Of a stretch of DNA of 64,000 bases, positions 35,473 through 43,654 are shown in pieces. Position 1 is the first letter of the stretch. Each line of letters starts with the position of its first letter. This DNA comes from Kiloniellales bacterium (GTDB lineage Bacteria > Pseudomonadota > Alphaproteobacteria > Kiloniellales > JAKSDN01). The stretch is taken from the NCBI GenBank assembly GCA_030064845.1, contig JASJEC010000024.1:1102-65101 (forward strand), read 5' to 3'. Below the pieces are notes generated by a model, which saw nothing but the letters and a program-made list of their open reading frames with translations, had not been told where the DNA came from and did not search any database. Both the position numbers and the translations under genes were made by a program.

Positions 35473-36351
35473 CTAGTTTCTCGCCCTCAGGCCCAGTTTC
35501 TCACGAGCCTCGGCCGGCGTCACGGCGCGCGCGCCCATCAACTCGATGATCTGGATCGCGCGCTCGACCAGCTGGCCGTTGCTGGCGAAGACTCCCTTCT
35601 CGAGATAGAGGTTGTCCTCCAGACCGACCCGGACGTGGCCGCCCAGCAGAATGGCCTGGGCGACCATGGGCATCTCCATGGCCGAGATCGCGAAGCCGGC
35701 CCAGACGGCGTTCTCGGGCAGGTCCTCGGTCATGGTCTTCATGGCCGCCGTGGTCGCCGGCGCGCCCCAGGGGATGCCGAGGCAGATCTGGTAGAGCGGC
35801 GGGTCGTCGACCAACCCCTCCTTGACCAGCTGGGTCGCGAAGCGCACGTGGCCCGTGTCGAAGCACTCCAACTCCGGCTTGACGCCCAGCTCCTGGATCT
35901 TCTTGGCCATGATGCGGAGCATCTCCGGCGTGCTGACGTAGCAGCCGGCGCCGAAGTTGAGCGTGCCGCAGTCGAGCGAGCAGATCTCGGGCAGCAGGGC
36001 CTCGACATGCTCCAGCCGCTCCAGGGGCCCGACCATGTCCGTGCCCGGGCCGCCGACCGCCGGATTCTCCTCGCTCGGGAAGAAATCGCCGCCCATGCCC
36101 GCCGTCAGGTTGATCACCACGTCGACGTCGGCGTCGCGCACCCGGTCCACCACCTCGCCGTAGTACTCCAGCTTCCGGCTCGGCTGGCCGTCGGGCTCGC
36201 GCACGTGCATGTGGGCGATCGCGGCCCCGGCCCGCGCCGCCTCGATCGCCGCGTCGGCGATCTGCTTCGGGGTCACCGGGATTGCCGGGTGCTTGTCCAC
36301 GGTGTCGCCCGCGCCGGTCACGGCGCAGGAGACGATCACTTCACGGTTCAT
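35473..36351 (-). CDS. beta-keto acid cleavage enzyme (BKACE / DUF849, 3-keto-5-aminohexanoate cleavage family)
   Basis: Trimmed to ATG 36351 ([32 protein letters not shown]...[10 protein letters not shown]). 292 aa. Confidence 0.85.
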   Translation of the reverse strand: MNREVIVSCAVTGAGDTVDKHPAIPVTPKQIADAAIEAARAGAAIAHMHVREPDGQPSRKLEYYGEVVDRVRDADVDVVINLTAGMGGDFFPSEENPAVGGPGTDMVGPLERLEHVEALLPEICSLDCGTLNFGAGCYVSTPEMLRIMAKKIQELGVKPELECFDTGHVRFATQLVKEGLVDDPPLYQICLGIPWGAPATTAAMKTMTEDLPENAVWAGFAISAMEMPMVAQAILLGGHVRVGLEDNLYLEKGVFASNGQLVERAIQIIELMGARAVTPAEAREKLGLRARN

Positions 36352-36577
36352 GGCGGCGCTACTCCCAAGATGCGGCCCCCGGCAGCGATGCGGGCGTTTC
36401 TCCAAGCTGGCTGCACGCTATCGACAAGGCCCTTCCGAAGTCTTGCATTTTCCCGCCAAAAATTTGCTCTGCGCCGCCACGGGTGGAGCGCGCGGCCGCA
36501 GAGCGCGCCCGCGCTAGGAAATCCTTTAGGCCGAACTACTAGCCTCGACGGCCCCACAAACCTCAAGGAACCCGCTC

Positions 36578-37402
36578 ATGTCCCTCAAGGAAAGACTGGC
36601 GGCGATCGACCGAGCCGAGGCGGCGCCGGCCTTCCGTGCGCCGGCAACCGAGGCCGAGATCCGCGCCCTCGGCGAGGCGGTCTCCGAGGCGGTGGGCCTC
36701 GATCTTCCCGAGGACCTGGCCACCCTCTATCGTTGGCACGACGGCCAGGCGCCCGACCAGCGGCTGGTCGAGGGCGAGACCTTTCGCCTGCTCCCGATCG
36801 CCGAGGCCCTCAGGGAGTGGCGCTTGTTCCTGGACCCGGAGAGCGACTATCTGGAGCCCTATCGGCCCACCTGGTTCCCCCTCTGCTTGAACGGCAACTC
36901 GGACTACCTGGCCTACGATCTCGAGGAAGGCAGCCTGATCGCCTACTGGCACGACGATCCGGACCGCGATGTGGAGCACCCCTCTCTGGAGGACTGGGCC
37001 GACTCCCTGGTCGAAGAGCTTGCCGCGACGGCGCCCCGGCAGGCGCCGGCCGGCCTGATCGGCAGCGAGCCGGTCGAGAGCCTGACCCTCACGCTGCGGC
37101 CCGGCAAGAACGAGAAGCGAGCTGACGTGATCCGCAGCCTGACCCAGCTGACCGGCCTCTCGCTGGGCGAAGTCGCCAAGGCCTTCGCAGACGGGCACGA
37201 GGGTATCGCCATTGCCCTGAGGGAGTCCGTCAACAGCCTGGAGCGGGCAAAGCAGATCCGGGGCGCGCGGAAGGCCCTGGAGCTGCTGGAAGCCGAGGGC
37301 TTCGCACCCAGCCTTGAGGTCGGCGCAGGCGGCGGTGAGACCGAGGCCGCGGCCGGCGAGGCCCTGAAGCAGCTCGAGAACCGCTGCTTGACCGGCGGCT
37401 AG
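36578..37402 (+). CDS. SMI1/KNR4 (SUKH-1) domain protein with L7/L12-C-terminal-like tail
   Basis: N-terminal half has the SUKH pattern (ATEAEIRALGEAVSEAVGLDLPEDLATLYRWHDG...WFPLCLNGNSDYLAYDL). The C-terminal segment KRADVIRSLTQLTGLSLGEVAKAF...LELLEAEGF resembles the ribosomal L7/L12 CTD. Confidence 0.65.
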   Translation: MSLKERLAAIDRAEAAPAFRAPATEAEIRALGEAVSEAVGLDLPEDLATLYRWHDGQAPDQRLVEGETFRLLPIAEALREWRLFLDPESDYLEPYRPTWFPLCLNGNSDYLAYDLEEGSLIAYWHDDPDRDVEHPSLEDWADSLVEELAATAPRQAPAGLIGSEPVESLTLTLRPGKNEKRADVIRSLTQLTGLSLGEVAKAFADGHEGIAIALRESVNSLERAKQIRGARKALELLEAEGFAPSLEVGAGGGETEAAAGEALKQLENRCLTGG

Positions 37403-37469
37403 AGCAGATCTAGCCGCGCGTTGTTGCCGCGCGGTCGCGGCTCTATAATTTTCGACCACCTGGGATGGA

Positions 37470-38123
37470 ATGGGTGCCATGGCGGAGAAAGCGGGGGCGG
37501 GCAAGACCGGATCCACGGCCCGCAGGGCCGAGCGCGACCTGCGGAGCGCGATCCTGGAGACCACCCTGGACCTGGCCGAACGGGGCAACTGGCCTGACCT
37601 GCGCCTGAGCCAGGTGGCCGCGGCGCTCAACATCTCCCCGGCCGAGATCCTGGCCCACTTCCGCGACAAGGACGCGGTCGCCGACGCTCTCTTCCAGCGC
37701 GGCTGGCAGGCCATGCTCGACACGCCGCCCGAAGGCTTCGCCGCACTGCCGCCCAAGGAGCGGCTCTACCTCCTGCTCTGCCGCTGGTTCGACGCCCTCT
37801 CGCCGAGGCACACCGTGGCGGTCGAGATGCTGAAGGAGAAGATCTACCTTTCCCACCCGCACCACTGGGTGCCCCTGATCTTCAACCTCTCGCGGACCAT
37901 CCAGTGGCTGCGCGACGCGGCCTACCTGGATGCGACGGGCGTCCGCCGGCAGCTCGAGGAGGTCGGCCTGACCGGCCTCTTCCTGGCGACGCTGCGCGTC
38001 TGGGCCCGGGACGACTCGCCGGGCCAGGAGCGAACCAAGGAGTTCCTCCAGCGGCGCCTGTCGCGGGCCGACGAGCTGGTGGCCCGGATCTGGGGCGGCC
38101 GGTCGGAGAACCCGAGCAGCTGA
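37470..38123 (+). CDS. TetR/AcrR-family transcriptional regulator
   Basis: N-terminal HTH AILETTLDLAERGNWPDLRLSQVAAALNISPAEILAHFRDKDAV. 217 aa. Confidence 0.88.
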   Translation: MGAMAEKAGAGKTGSTARRAERDLRSAILETTLDLAERGNWPDLRLSQVAAALNISPAEILAHFRDKDAVADALFQRGWQAMLDTPPEGFAALPPKERLYLLLCRWFDALSPRHTVAVEMLKEKIYLSHPHHWVPLIFNLSRTIQWLRDAAYLDATGVRRQLEEVGLTGLFLATLRVWARDDSPGQERTKEFLQRRLSRADELVARIWGGRSENPSS

Positions 38124-38124
38124 C

Positions 38125-38396
38125 CTAGGGCCTGTGGACATACAGGGCACGCTCCTGGTCCGAGTGAAATCGGCCCGCTGTTAGGCGCGAGGAGGAAGGA
38201 CATGCCGAGCATATTCGACGACAAGCAACGCGGCAGCGGGCCGATTGCGCCGGATCCCTTCGGGACGGGGCGCATTTGCGCCGGGGCGGCGTCACGGAAG
38301 GACTTGTGGGGCCCAACCCCACGGCACCTCCCGCTCCTGGCCCCGGCGCAAATGCGCTCCCGCCAGGAGCGCGCCGTGAATGTCCACAGGCCCTAG
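38125..38396. mobile_element. 272-bp MITE-like / composite palindromic element
   Basis: Perfect 17-bp terminal inverted repeats: CTAGGGCCTGTGGACAT (38125-38141) and ATGTCCACAGGCCCTAG (38380-38396), extending imperfectly to about 34 bp. Internal inverted copies of GGCGCATTTGCGCCGGGG. No credible ORF. Confidence 0.7.
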
Positions 38397-38779
38397 AACA
38401 TCGTGTTGCTGTTGGCGGACACGGCCGGGATCACCTGCAAGGCGTCCCAGTGCTCGACGATCTTGCCCTCTTCGTCGAAGCGGAAGATGTCGATGCCTGC
38501 GTACTCCTCGTTGGGCCAAATCTGGTGGCAGTGCAGGACCACGTAGTCGCCCTCCGCAATGGCGCGCTTGAAAAGCACCTTCTTGCCCGGATAGTCCCGC
38601 GCCATGCGTTCGAAGTAGTCGATAAAGGCCTGCTTGCCGTCTGCAACATGGGTGTTGTGCTGGATGTAGACGTCGCCGGTGTAGATCTCGACGGCCCGCG
38701 CGGGCTGACACTGATTGAACATCAGGTCGTAGAAGGCCTTCGCGTTCTGTTTCATGGTTTCGAGCCGGTCGGTCATCAT
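38393..38779 (-). CDS. SnoaL-like / NTF2-fold protein
   Basis: 128 aa: [43 protein letters not shown]...[16 protein letters not shown]. Confidence 0.8.
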   Translation of the reverse strand: MMTDRLETMKQNAKAFYDLMFNQCQPARAVEIYTGDVYIQHNTHVADGKQAFIDYFERMARDYPGKKVLFKRAIAEGDYVVLHCHQIWPNEEYAGIDIFRFDEEGKIVEHWDALQVIPAVSANSNTMF

Positions 38780-38929
38780 TCAAGCTCCGCTTCGCACTGT
38801 TTCTCTGGAGGGCTTCCATCGGCCACCGCCGCGTGCGGGGAGAAGTCACGCGCTTTGCGCGAGATCAGGGCGCCGCATTGGCAAGGCGGGTTCCTATACA
38901 GCACGTCACGCCTCAGGAGTGCTATCCCA

Positions 38930-40111
38930 ATGATCGAAGGTCACCCCCTGGTCTCCAAGAACGTTTCCGGGATGACTGTCTCCGCGATCAAGGAGATGGC
39001 CATGCGGGCGGCCAGGGTGGAGGACGTAGCCTCGCTGACCTGGGGTCTGCCGTCGTTCCAGACGCCCGAGGCGATCCGCCGCGCCATTCAACGGCTCCTG
39101 GACAGCGATCCGGACCTCGGAAAATACACGCTGCCCGACGGTCTGCCGGCGCTGCGCCAGGCTGCCGCCGAGACGCACCGGCGCGCCACCGGCGCCACGC
39201 CCGATCCGGACCGTCAGGTGATGGTGACGGCGGGCAACATGCAGGGCCTCAACGCCCTGTTCCACGTGCTGATCGACCCGGGCGACGAGATCATCGTAAC
39301 CGACCCCGGCTTCGCCTCCCATTTCCAGCAGATCCGCCTTTGCGGCGGCGCGCCGGTCTTCTGGCCCCTCGACGAGGCGCGGGGCTGGCAGCTCGACCTC
39401 GATCTCCTGCCTGGGCTGATCGGCGAGCGGACCAAGGCGATCGTCCTGGTCACGCCGTCGAACCCGACCGGTACGATCTTCTGCGAGCCGGAGCTTCGGC
39501 GGGTCGGCGAGATCGCGCGCGAGCGCGGCGTGCTCGTCCTGCTCGACGATCCCTATCACCACTTCTGCTACGAGAACGCGGGGCACTACTTCAACCTCGC
39601 GGCGGTCCCCGAGTTCGGCGACCACGTCGCCTACCTTTTCACCTTCTCCAAGGCCCACGCCATGACCGGCTGGCGGATCGGCTACATGGTGCTGCCCGAG
39701 GCGTTGAAAAAGCAGGTGCTCAAGGTGCACGACGCGACCATCATCTGTGCGCCGCGGGTCTCCCAGCTGGCCGCCCTCGCCGCCCTTACCGAGGAGCAGG
39801 CGCATGTCGCCGAGTTCGGGAAGATCCTAGGGCGCCGGCGGTCGCTGATCTGCGAACGGCTGGACCGGATACCCCACGTTTTCGACTACGTGAAGCCCGA
39901 GGGGACCTACTACGTCTTCCCGCGGATCCTCGCGGATCACGAGAATTCGATGGAATTCTGCCTGCGCATGCTGGAACAGACTAGGGTCACCCTGACGCCG
40001 GGCGCCGCCTTCGGGCCGACGGGTGAGAGCCACGTCCGCATGGCCTTCTGCGTCGACGACGAAACGATCGACCGGGCTTTCGACCGGCTGGAGCGGCACT
40101 TCGGCGCCTAG
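38930..40111 (+). CDS. class I/II PLP-dependent aminotransferase
   Basis: Trimmed to ATG 38930 (AGGAG 11 nt upstream). PSNPTG and FSKAHAMTGWRIGY, the PLP-lysine motif. Confidence 0.9.
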   Translation: MIEGHPLVSKNVSGMTVSAIKEMAMRAARVEDVASLTWGLPSFQTPEAIRRAIQRLLDSDPDLGKYTLPDGLPALRQAAAETHRRATGATPDPDRQVMVTAGNMQGLNALFHVLIDPGDEIIVTDPGFASHFQQIRLCGGAPVFWPLDEARGWQLDLDLLPGLIGERTKAIVLVTPSNPTGTIFCEPELRRVGEIARERGVLVLLDDPYHHFCYENAGHYFNLAAVPEFGDHVAYLFTFSKAHAMTGWRIGYMVLPEALKKQVLKVHDATIICAPRVSQLAALAALTEEQAHVAEFGKILGRRRSLICERLDRIPHVFDYVKPEGTYYVFPRILADHENSMEFCLRMLEQTRVTLTPGAAFGPTGESHVRMAFCVDDETIDRAFDRLERHFGA

Positions 40112-40172
40112 AGCAGATCCGGGGTAGATGGAATCGCCACGGGCGATCCATCAACCCGGTGAATCTGCTCTA
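40109..40172. repeat. 64-bp imperfect palindrome between convergent genes (possible bidirectional terminator/REP)
   Basis: Outer arms TAGAGCAGAT (40109-40118) and ATCTGCTCTA (40163-40172). Inner arms GATGGAATCGCC/GGCGATCCATC. The aminotransferase TAG stop is the first 3 nt. Confidence 0.6.
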
Positions 40173-40214
40173 AAACTAGGATGTAGAGCGCGCAGGCCTC
40201 CCGAGTGCCGTGCC

Positions 40215-40655
40215 TCAGTCCTCCAGGTTGCGCGCGACCAGGACCGAGCAGTGCGCGTGGCGGACGACGCGGGCGGCGACCGAGCCAAGGAGGTAGTCGA
40301 CCAGCCCAGGATCGTGGGAGGCGACGACGATCATGTCGGCCTTGATCTCACCGGCGCACTCGAGGATCTCGCTCGAAGGCAGGCCCGCCCGCACCACCAC
40401 CTCCGCGGTCGAGAGGCCGTGCCGGTCGGCCAGCTCGCCGAGCGCCGCCTCGGCGTCCTCGAGCGCCTTCTCGTGAAACTCCGAGGGCAACTGCGAGACG
40501 AGGTAGCCCGGCACCTTCTCGACCACGTTCAGCAGCACGAGTTTCGCGCCCTGAGCCTTGGCGATGCTCGCGGCAAGGCCGAGCGCGGCGGCCCCCGCCT
40601 GCTTCTCGCCGGTGTCGATCGGAACGAGAATGGTCTTGATCATGGCTTGCTCCAA
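40215..40655 (-). CDS. universal stress protein (UspA family)
   Basis: 146 aa: IKTILVPIDTGEK...ADMIVVASHDPG...LGSVAARVVRHAHCSVLV. Confidence 0.88.
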   Translation of the reverse strand: MEQAMIKTILVPIDTGEKQAGAAALGLAASIAKAQGAKLVLLNVVEKVPGYLVSQLPSEFHEKALEDAEAALGELADRHGLSTAEVVVRAGLPSSEILECAGEIKADMIVVASHDPGLVDYLLGSVAARVVRHAHCSVLVARNLED

Positions 40656-40665
40656 CTAAGTGAAC

Positions 40666-41724
40666 TCAAAGCGCCGCGATCACCGCCTGCCCCAGCTCTT
40701 CGGTATTCGCCTCGCCGCCCAGGTCCGGGGTGCACGGCGCGCCGGCGGCCAAGACCTTCTCGATCGCGCCGACGATCTCGGCCGCGGCCTCGGGGTGGCC
40801 CAGGTGGTCCAACATCATGGCGCCGGACCAGATCTGGCCGATCGGGTTGGCGATCCCCTTGCCAGCGATGTCGGGCGCGGAGCCGTGGACCGGCTCGAAC
40901 ATCGAGGGATGCGCGCGCTCCGGGTTGAGGTTGGCCGAGGGCGCGATGCCGATGGTGCCGGTCACCGCCGGTCCCAGGTCCGAGAGGATGTCGCCGAAGA
41001 GGTTGCTGCCGACCACCACGTCGAACCAGTCCGGATGCAGCACGAAGTGGGCGGAGAGGATGTCGATGTGGAACTGGTCGGTCTTCACGCCCGGGTAGCT
41101 CTCGGCCATGGCGGCGAAGCGCTCATCCCAGTAGGGCATGGAGTGGATGATGCCGTTGGACTTGGTCGCCGAGGTCACGTGCCGGGCCGGCCGCCCCTGG
41201 GCCAGCTCGAAGGCGTAGCGCAGGATCCGGTCGACGCCCTTGCGGGTGAAGATGTTCTGCTGAACCGCCAGCTCTTCCTCGGTCCCGGCGTAGAGCCGGC
41301 CGCCGATCTCGGAGTACTCCCCCTCGTTGTTCTCGCGCACGATCATGAAGTCGATGTCGCCGGGCTTGCGGCCGGCGAGCGGGCAACGCACGCCCTCGAA
41401 GAGGCGCACGGGCCGCAGGTTGACGTACTGCCGGAAGCTGCGGCGGATCGGGATCAAGAGGCCCCAGAGCGAGACGTGGTCCGGCACGCCGGGGAAGCCG
41501 ACCGCGCCCAGGAAGATCGCGTCGTCATTCTCGATCTGCTTGAGGCCGTCCTCGGGCATCATCCGGCCGGTCGCCTGGTAGGTCTCGCAGCTCCAGTCGA
41601 AGTGCCGCCAGTCGAAGGCGATGCCGTGCTTCGCCCCGACGGCCTCCAAGACCGCGATGCCCTGAGGCACGACCTCCTTGCCGATCCCGTCGCCGGGGAT
41701 GGCCGAGATGCTGTACTTGGTCAT
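40666..41724 (-). CDS. tartrate dehydrogenase/decarboxylase-type (isocitrate/isopropylmalate DH family)
   Basis: 352 aa: ISAIPGDGIGKEV, VRENNEGEYS, NLFGDILSDLG, EPVHGSAPDIAGKGIANP. Confidence 0.85.
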   Translation of the reverse strand: MTKYSISAIPGDGIGKEVVPQGIAVLEAVGAKHGIAFDWRHFDWSCETYQATGRMMPEDGLKQIENDDAIFLGAVGFPGVPDHVSLWGLLIPIRRSFRQYVNLRPVRLFEGVRCPLAGRKPGDIDFMIVRENNEGEYSEIGGRLYAGTEEELAVQQNIFTRKGVDRILRYAFELAQGRPARHVTSATKSNGIIHSMPYWDERFAAMAESYPGVKTDQFHIDILSAHFVLHPDWFDVVVGSNLFGDILSDLGPAVTGTIGIAPSANLNPERAHPSMFEPVHGSAPDIAGKGIANPIGQIWSGAMMLDHLGHPEAAAEIVGAIEKVLAAGAPCTPDLGGEANTEELGQAVIAAL

Positions 41725-42566
41725 GGCGCCGCCACGATGCGCTGCTGTTGCTCGCCCAGGCCGTCGATGCCGAGGCGCACGGTCTCGCCGACCTTAAGGA
41801 AGCGCGGCGGCTTCTGGCCCAGGCCGACGCCGGGCGGCGTGCCGGTGGTGATGATGTCGCCGCTCTGCAGGCTCATGAAGCGGCTGACGTAGCTGACCAG
41901 GTGGTAGACGTTGAAGATCATGGTCTCGGTGTTGCCGTTCTGCTGGCGCTCGCCGTTGACCTCGAGCCAGATACCCAGATTGTGAGGGTCGCCCGCCTCG
42001 TCCGGGGTGACCAGCCAGGGGCCGACCGGCCCAAAGCTGTCGGCGCTCTTGCCCTTGACCCACTGTCCCGTGCTCTCGAGCTGGAAATTGCGCTCCGAGA
42101 CGTCGTTGACCACGCAGAAGCCGGCGATGTGCCCGGCGGCCTCAGACTCCTCGATGTAGACGCCCGGCTTGCCGATCACCATGGCGAGCTCGACCTCCCA
42201 GTCCAGCTTGGTCGAGTGCCGCGGCATGACCGTGTCGTCGTTGGGCCCGCAGATGCACGACGGCGCCTTCATGAAGATCACCGGCTCCTCGGGGACGGGC
42301 TGACCGGATTCCTCGGCGTGGTCGGCGTAGTTGAGGCCGATGGCCGGGAACTTGCCGACGGCGCCGACGCAGGGCCCGATCCGCGGATTGCCCTCGACCT
42401 TGGGCAGAGAGGCGGGATCGATCGCCTTAAGCCGCTCGAGCGAGGCAGGAAGCAGGGCTTCGCCCGCGACGTCGGCGACCTCGCCCGAGAGGTCGCGGAT
42501 GGCGCCCTGGGCGTCCAACAGGCCCGGTTTCTCCTGGCCCGCCGGACCATAACGAAGCAACTTCAT
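41721..42566 (-). CDS. fumarylacetoacetate hydrolase (FAH) family protein
   Basis: 281 aa: DWEVELAMVIGK, GFCVVNDVSER, DIITTGTPPGVG. 4-nt overlap with the downstream dehydrogenase gene. Confidence 0.88.
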   Translation of the reverse strand: MKLLRYGPAGQEKPGLLDAQGAIRDLSGEVADVAGEALLPASLERLKAIDPASLPKVEGNPRIGPCVGAVGKFPAIGLNYADHAEESGQPVPEEPVIFMKAPSCICGPNDDTVMPRHSTKLDWEVELAMVIGKPGVYIEESEAAGHIAGFCVVNDVSERNFQLESTGQWVKGKSADSFGPVGPWLVTPDEAGDPHNLGIWLEVNGERQQNGNTETMIFNVYHLVSYVSRFMSLQSGDIITTGTPPGVGLGQKPPRFLKVGETVRLGIDGLGEQQQRIVAAP

Positions 42567-42591
42567 GGAGTTTTTCCCCCTTGTTAAGGTG

Positions 42592-43527
42592 TTACTTAAC
42601 CGGCGTCGGCGCCGGCTTGCCGTTGAAATGCGCGCGCAGGTTCTCGACCACGAGGTCGCCCATGGCGTGGCGGGTCTCGACCGTGGCGCTGCCCAGGTGC
42701 GGCTGCAGCACGACGTTCTCCATGGCGAAGAGCGCCTCGGGCACGCGCGGTTCCGCTTCGAAGACGTCGAGCCCGGCGCCGCCGAGTGTCCCCGCCTCCA
42801 GCGCGCTCACCAGCGCCGGCTCGTCGACCACCGAGCCCCGGGCGATGTTGATCAGCACGCCCTCGGGACCCAGGGCCGCCAGCACCTCGGCGTTGACGAG
42901 ATGGCGGGTGCCTTGGCCGCCGGGACAGGAGACCACCAGCAGGCGGCAGTCCCGGGCCATGGCGGCGAGGTCCTCGTAGTAGGGATAGCTCAGGTCTTCC
43001 CTGCGCCGGCGCCCGTGGTAGCAGATCGTGCAGCCCAGGGCTTCGGCCCGCCTTGCGATGGCGAGCCCGATGCGCCCGAGCCCGAGGATCCCGACCCGCC
43101 AGCCGACCAGGCTCCGGGAAAGCGGCATGGGCCCCTTGAGCCAGTCTCCCCGCCGGACGAAGCGGTCGGCCGCGCTGATGCCGCGGGTGACGTCGAGCAT
43201 CAGGCCGACCGCGAGGTTGGCGACGTCGTCGGTCAGCACGTCGGGTGTGTTGGTCACGGTCACGCCCCGCTTGGCGGCGTGCGTCAGATCGATGGCGTCG
43301 ACGCCGACCCCGTAGCAGGCGACGATCTCGAGCTTGGGCAGCGCGTCCATGAGGGCGGCGTCGGCGCCCAGGTCCCCGGTCGTCGCGATGCCGCGCGCCG
43401 CCGCCGCCTTTCCCAGGAGTGCGCCGGCATCGGGCGCTTCCCACAGGCGGTGGATCTGAAAATCCTGATCCAACGCGGCCACGACATGGGGCATCATCGG
43501 CCCGACCATGACGATCTCGGGCTTCAT
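42592..43527 (-). CDS. D-isomer-specific 2-hydroxyacid dehydrogenase (glyoxylate/hydroxypyruvate reductase-like)
   Basis: Trimmed to ATG 43527 (GGAGGAG upstream). VGILGLGRIGLAIARRA, INIARGSVVDE, PHLGSAT. Confidence 0.9.
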   Translation of the reverse strand: MKPEIVMVGPMMPHVVAALDQDFQIHRLWEAPDAGALLGKAAAARGIATTGDLGADAALMDALPKLEIVACYGVGVDAIDLTHAAKRGVTVTNTPDVLTDDVANLAVGLMLDVTRGISAADRFVRRGDWLKGPMPLSRSLVGWRVGILGLGRIGLAIARRAEALGCTICYHGRRRREDLSYPYYEDLAAMARDCRLLVVSCPGGQGTRHLVNAEVLAALGPEGVLINIARGSVVDEPALVSALEAGTLGGAGLDVFEAEPRVPEALFAMENVVLQPHLGSATVETRHAMGDLVVENLRAHFNGKPAPTPVK

Positions 43528-43654
43528 GCTCCTCCCCCGGTGTGGCTGTTCTGGCTTATGGATCCCGATCGCTCTCTCCATGGATAGCATTGCAACTTTG
43601 CGGAACCAAGCCGCAGCGGCATAGTGAGGGCACGAGCGATCAGGGGGCGGGGCC

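Noticed and set aside
38125-38396. Track ORFs 38125-38322 (minus strand), 38202-38396 (plus strand) and 37922-38275 (minus strand) inside or over the palindromic element.
   Set aside because: Their C-termini are mirror images produced by the inverted repeat, there is no RBS, and the composition is arbitrary. Treated as non-coding.
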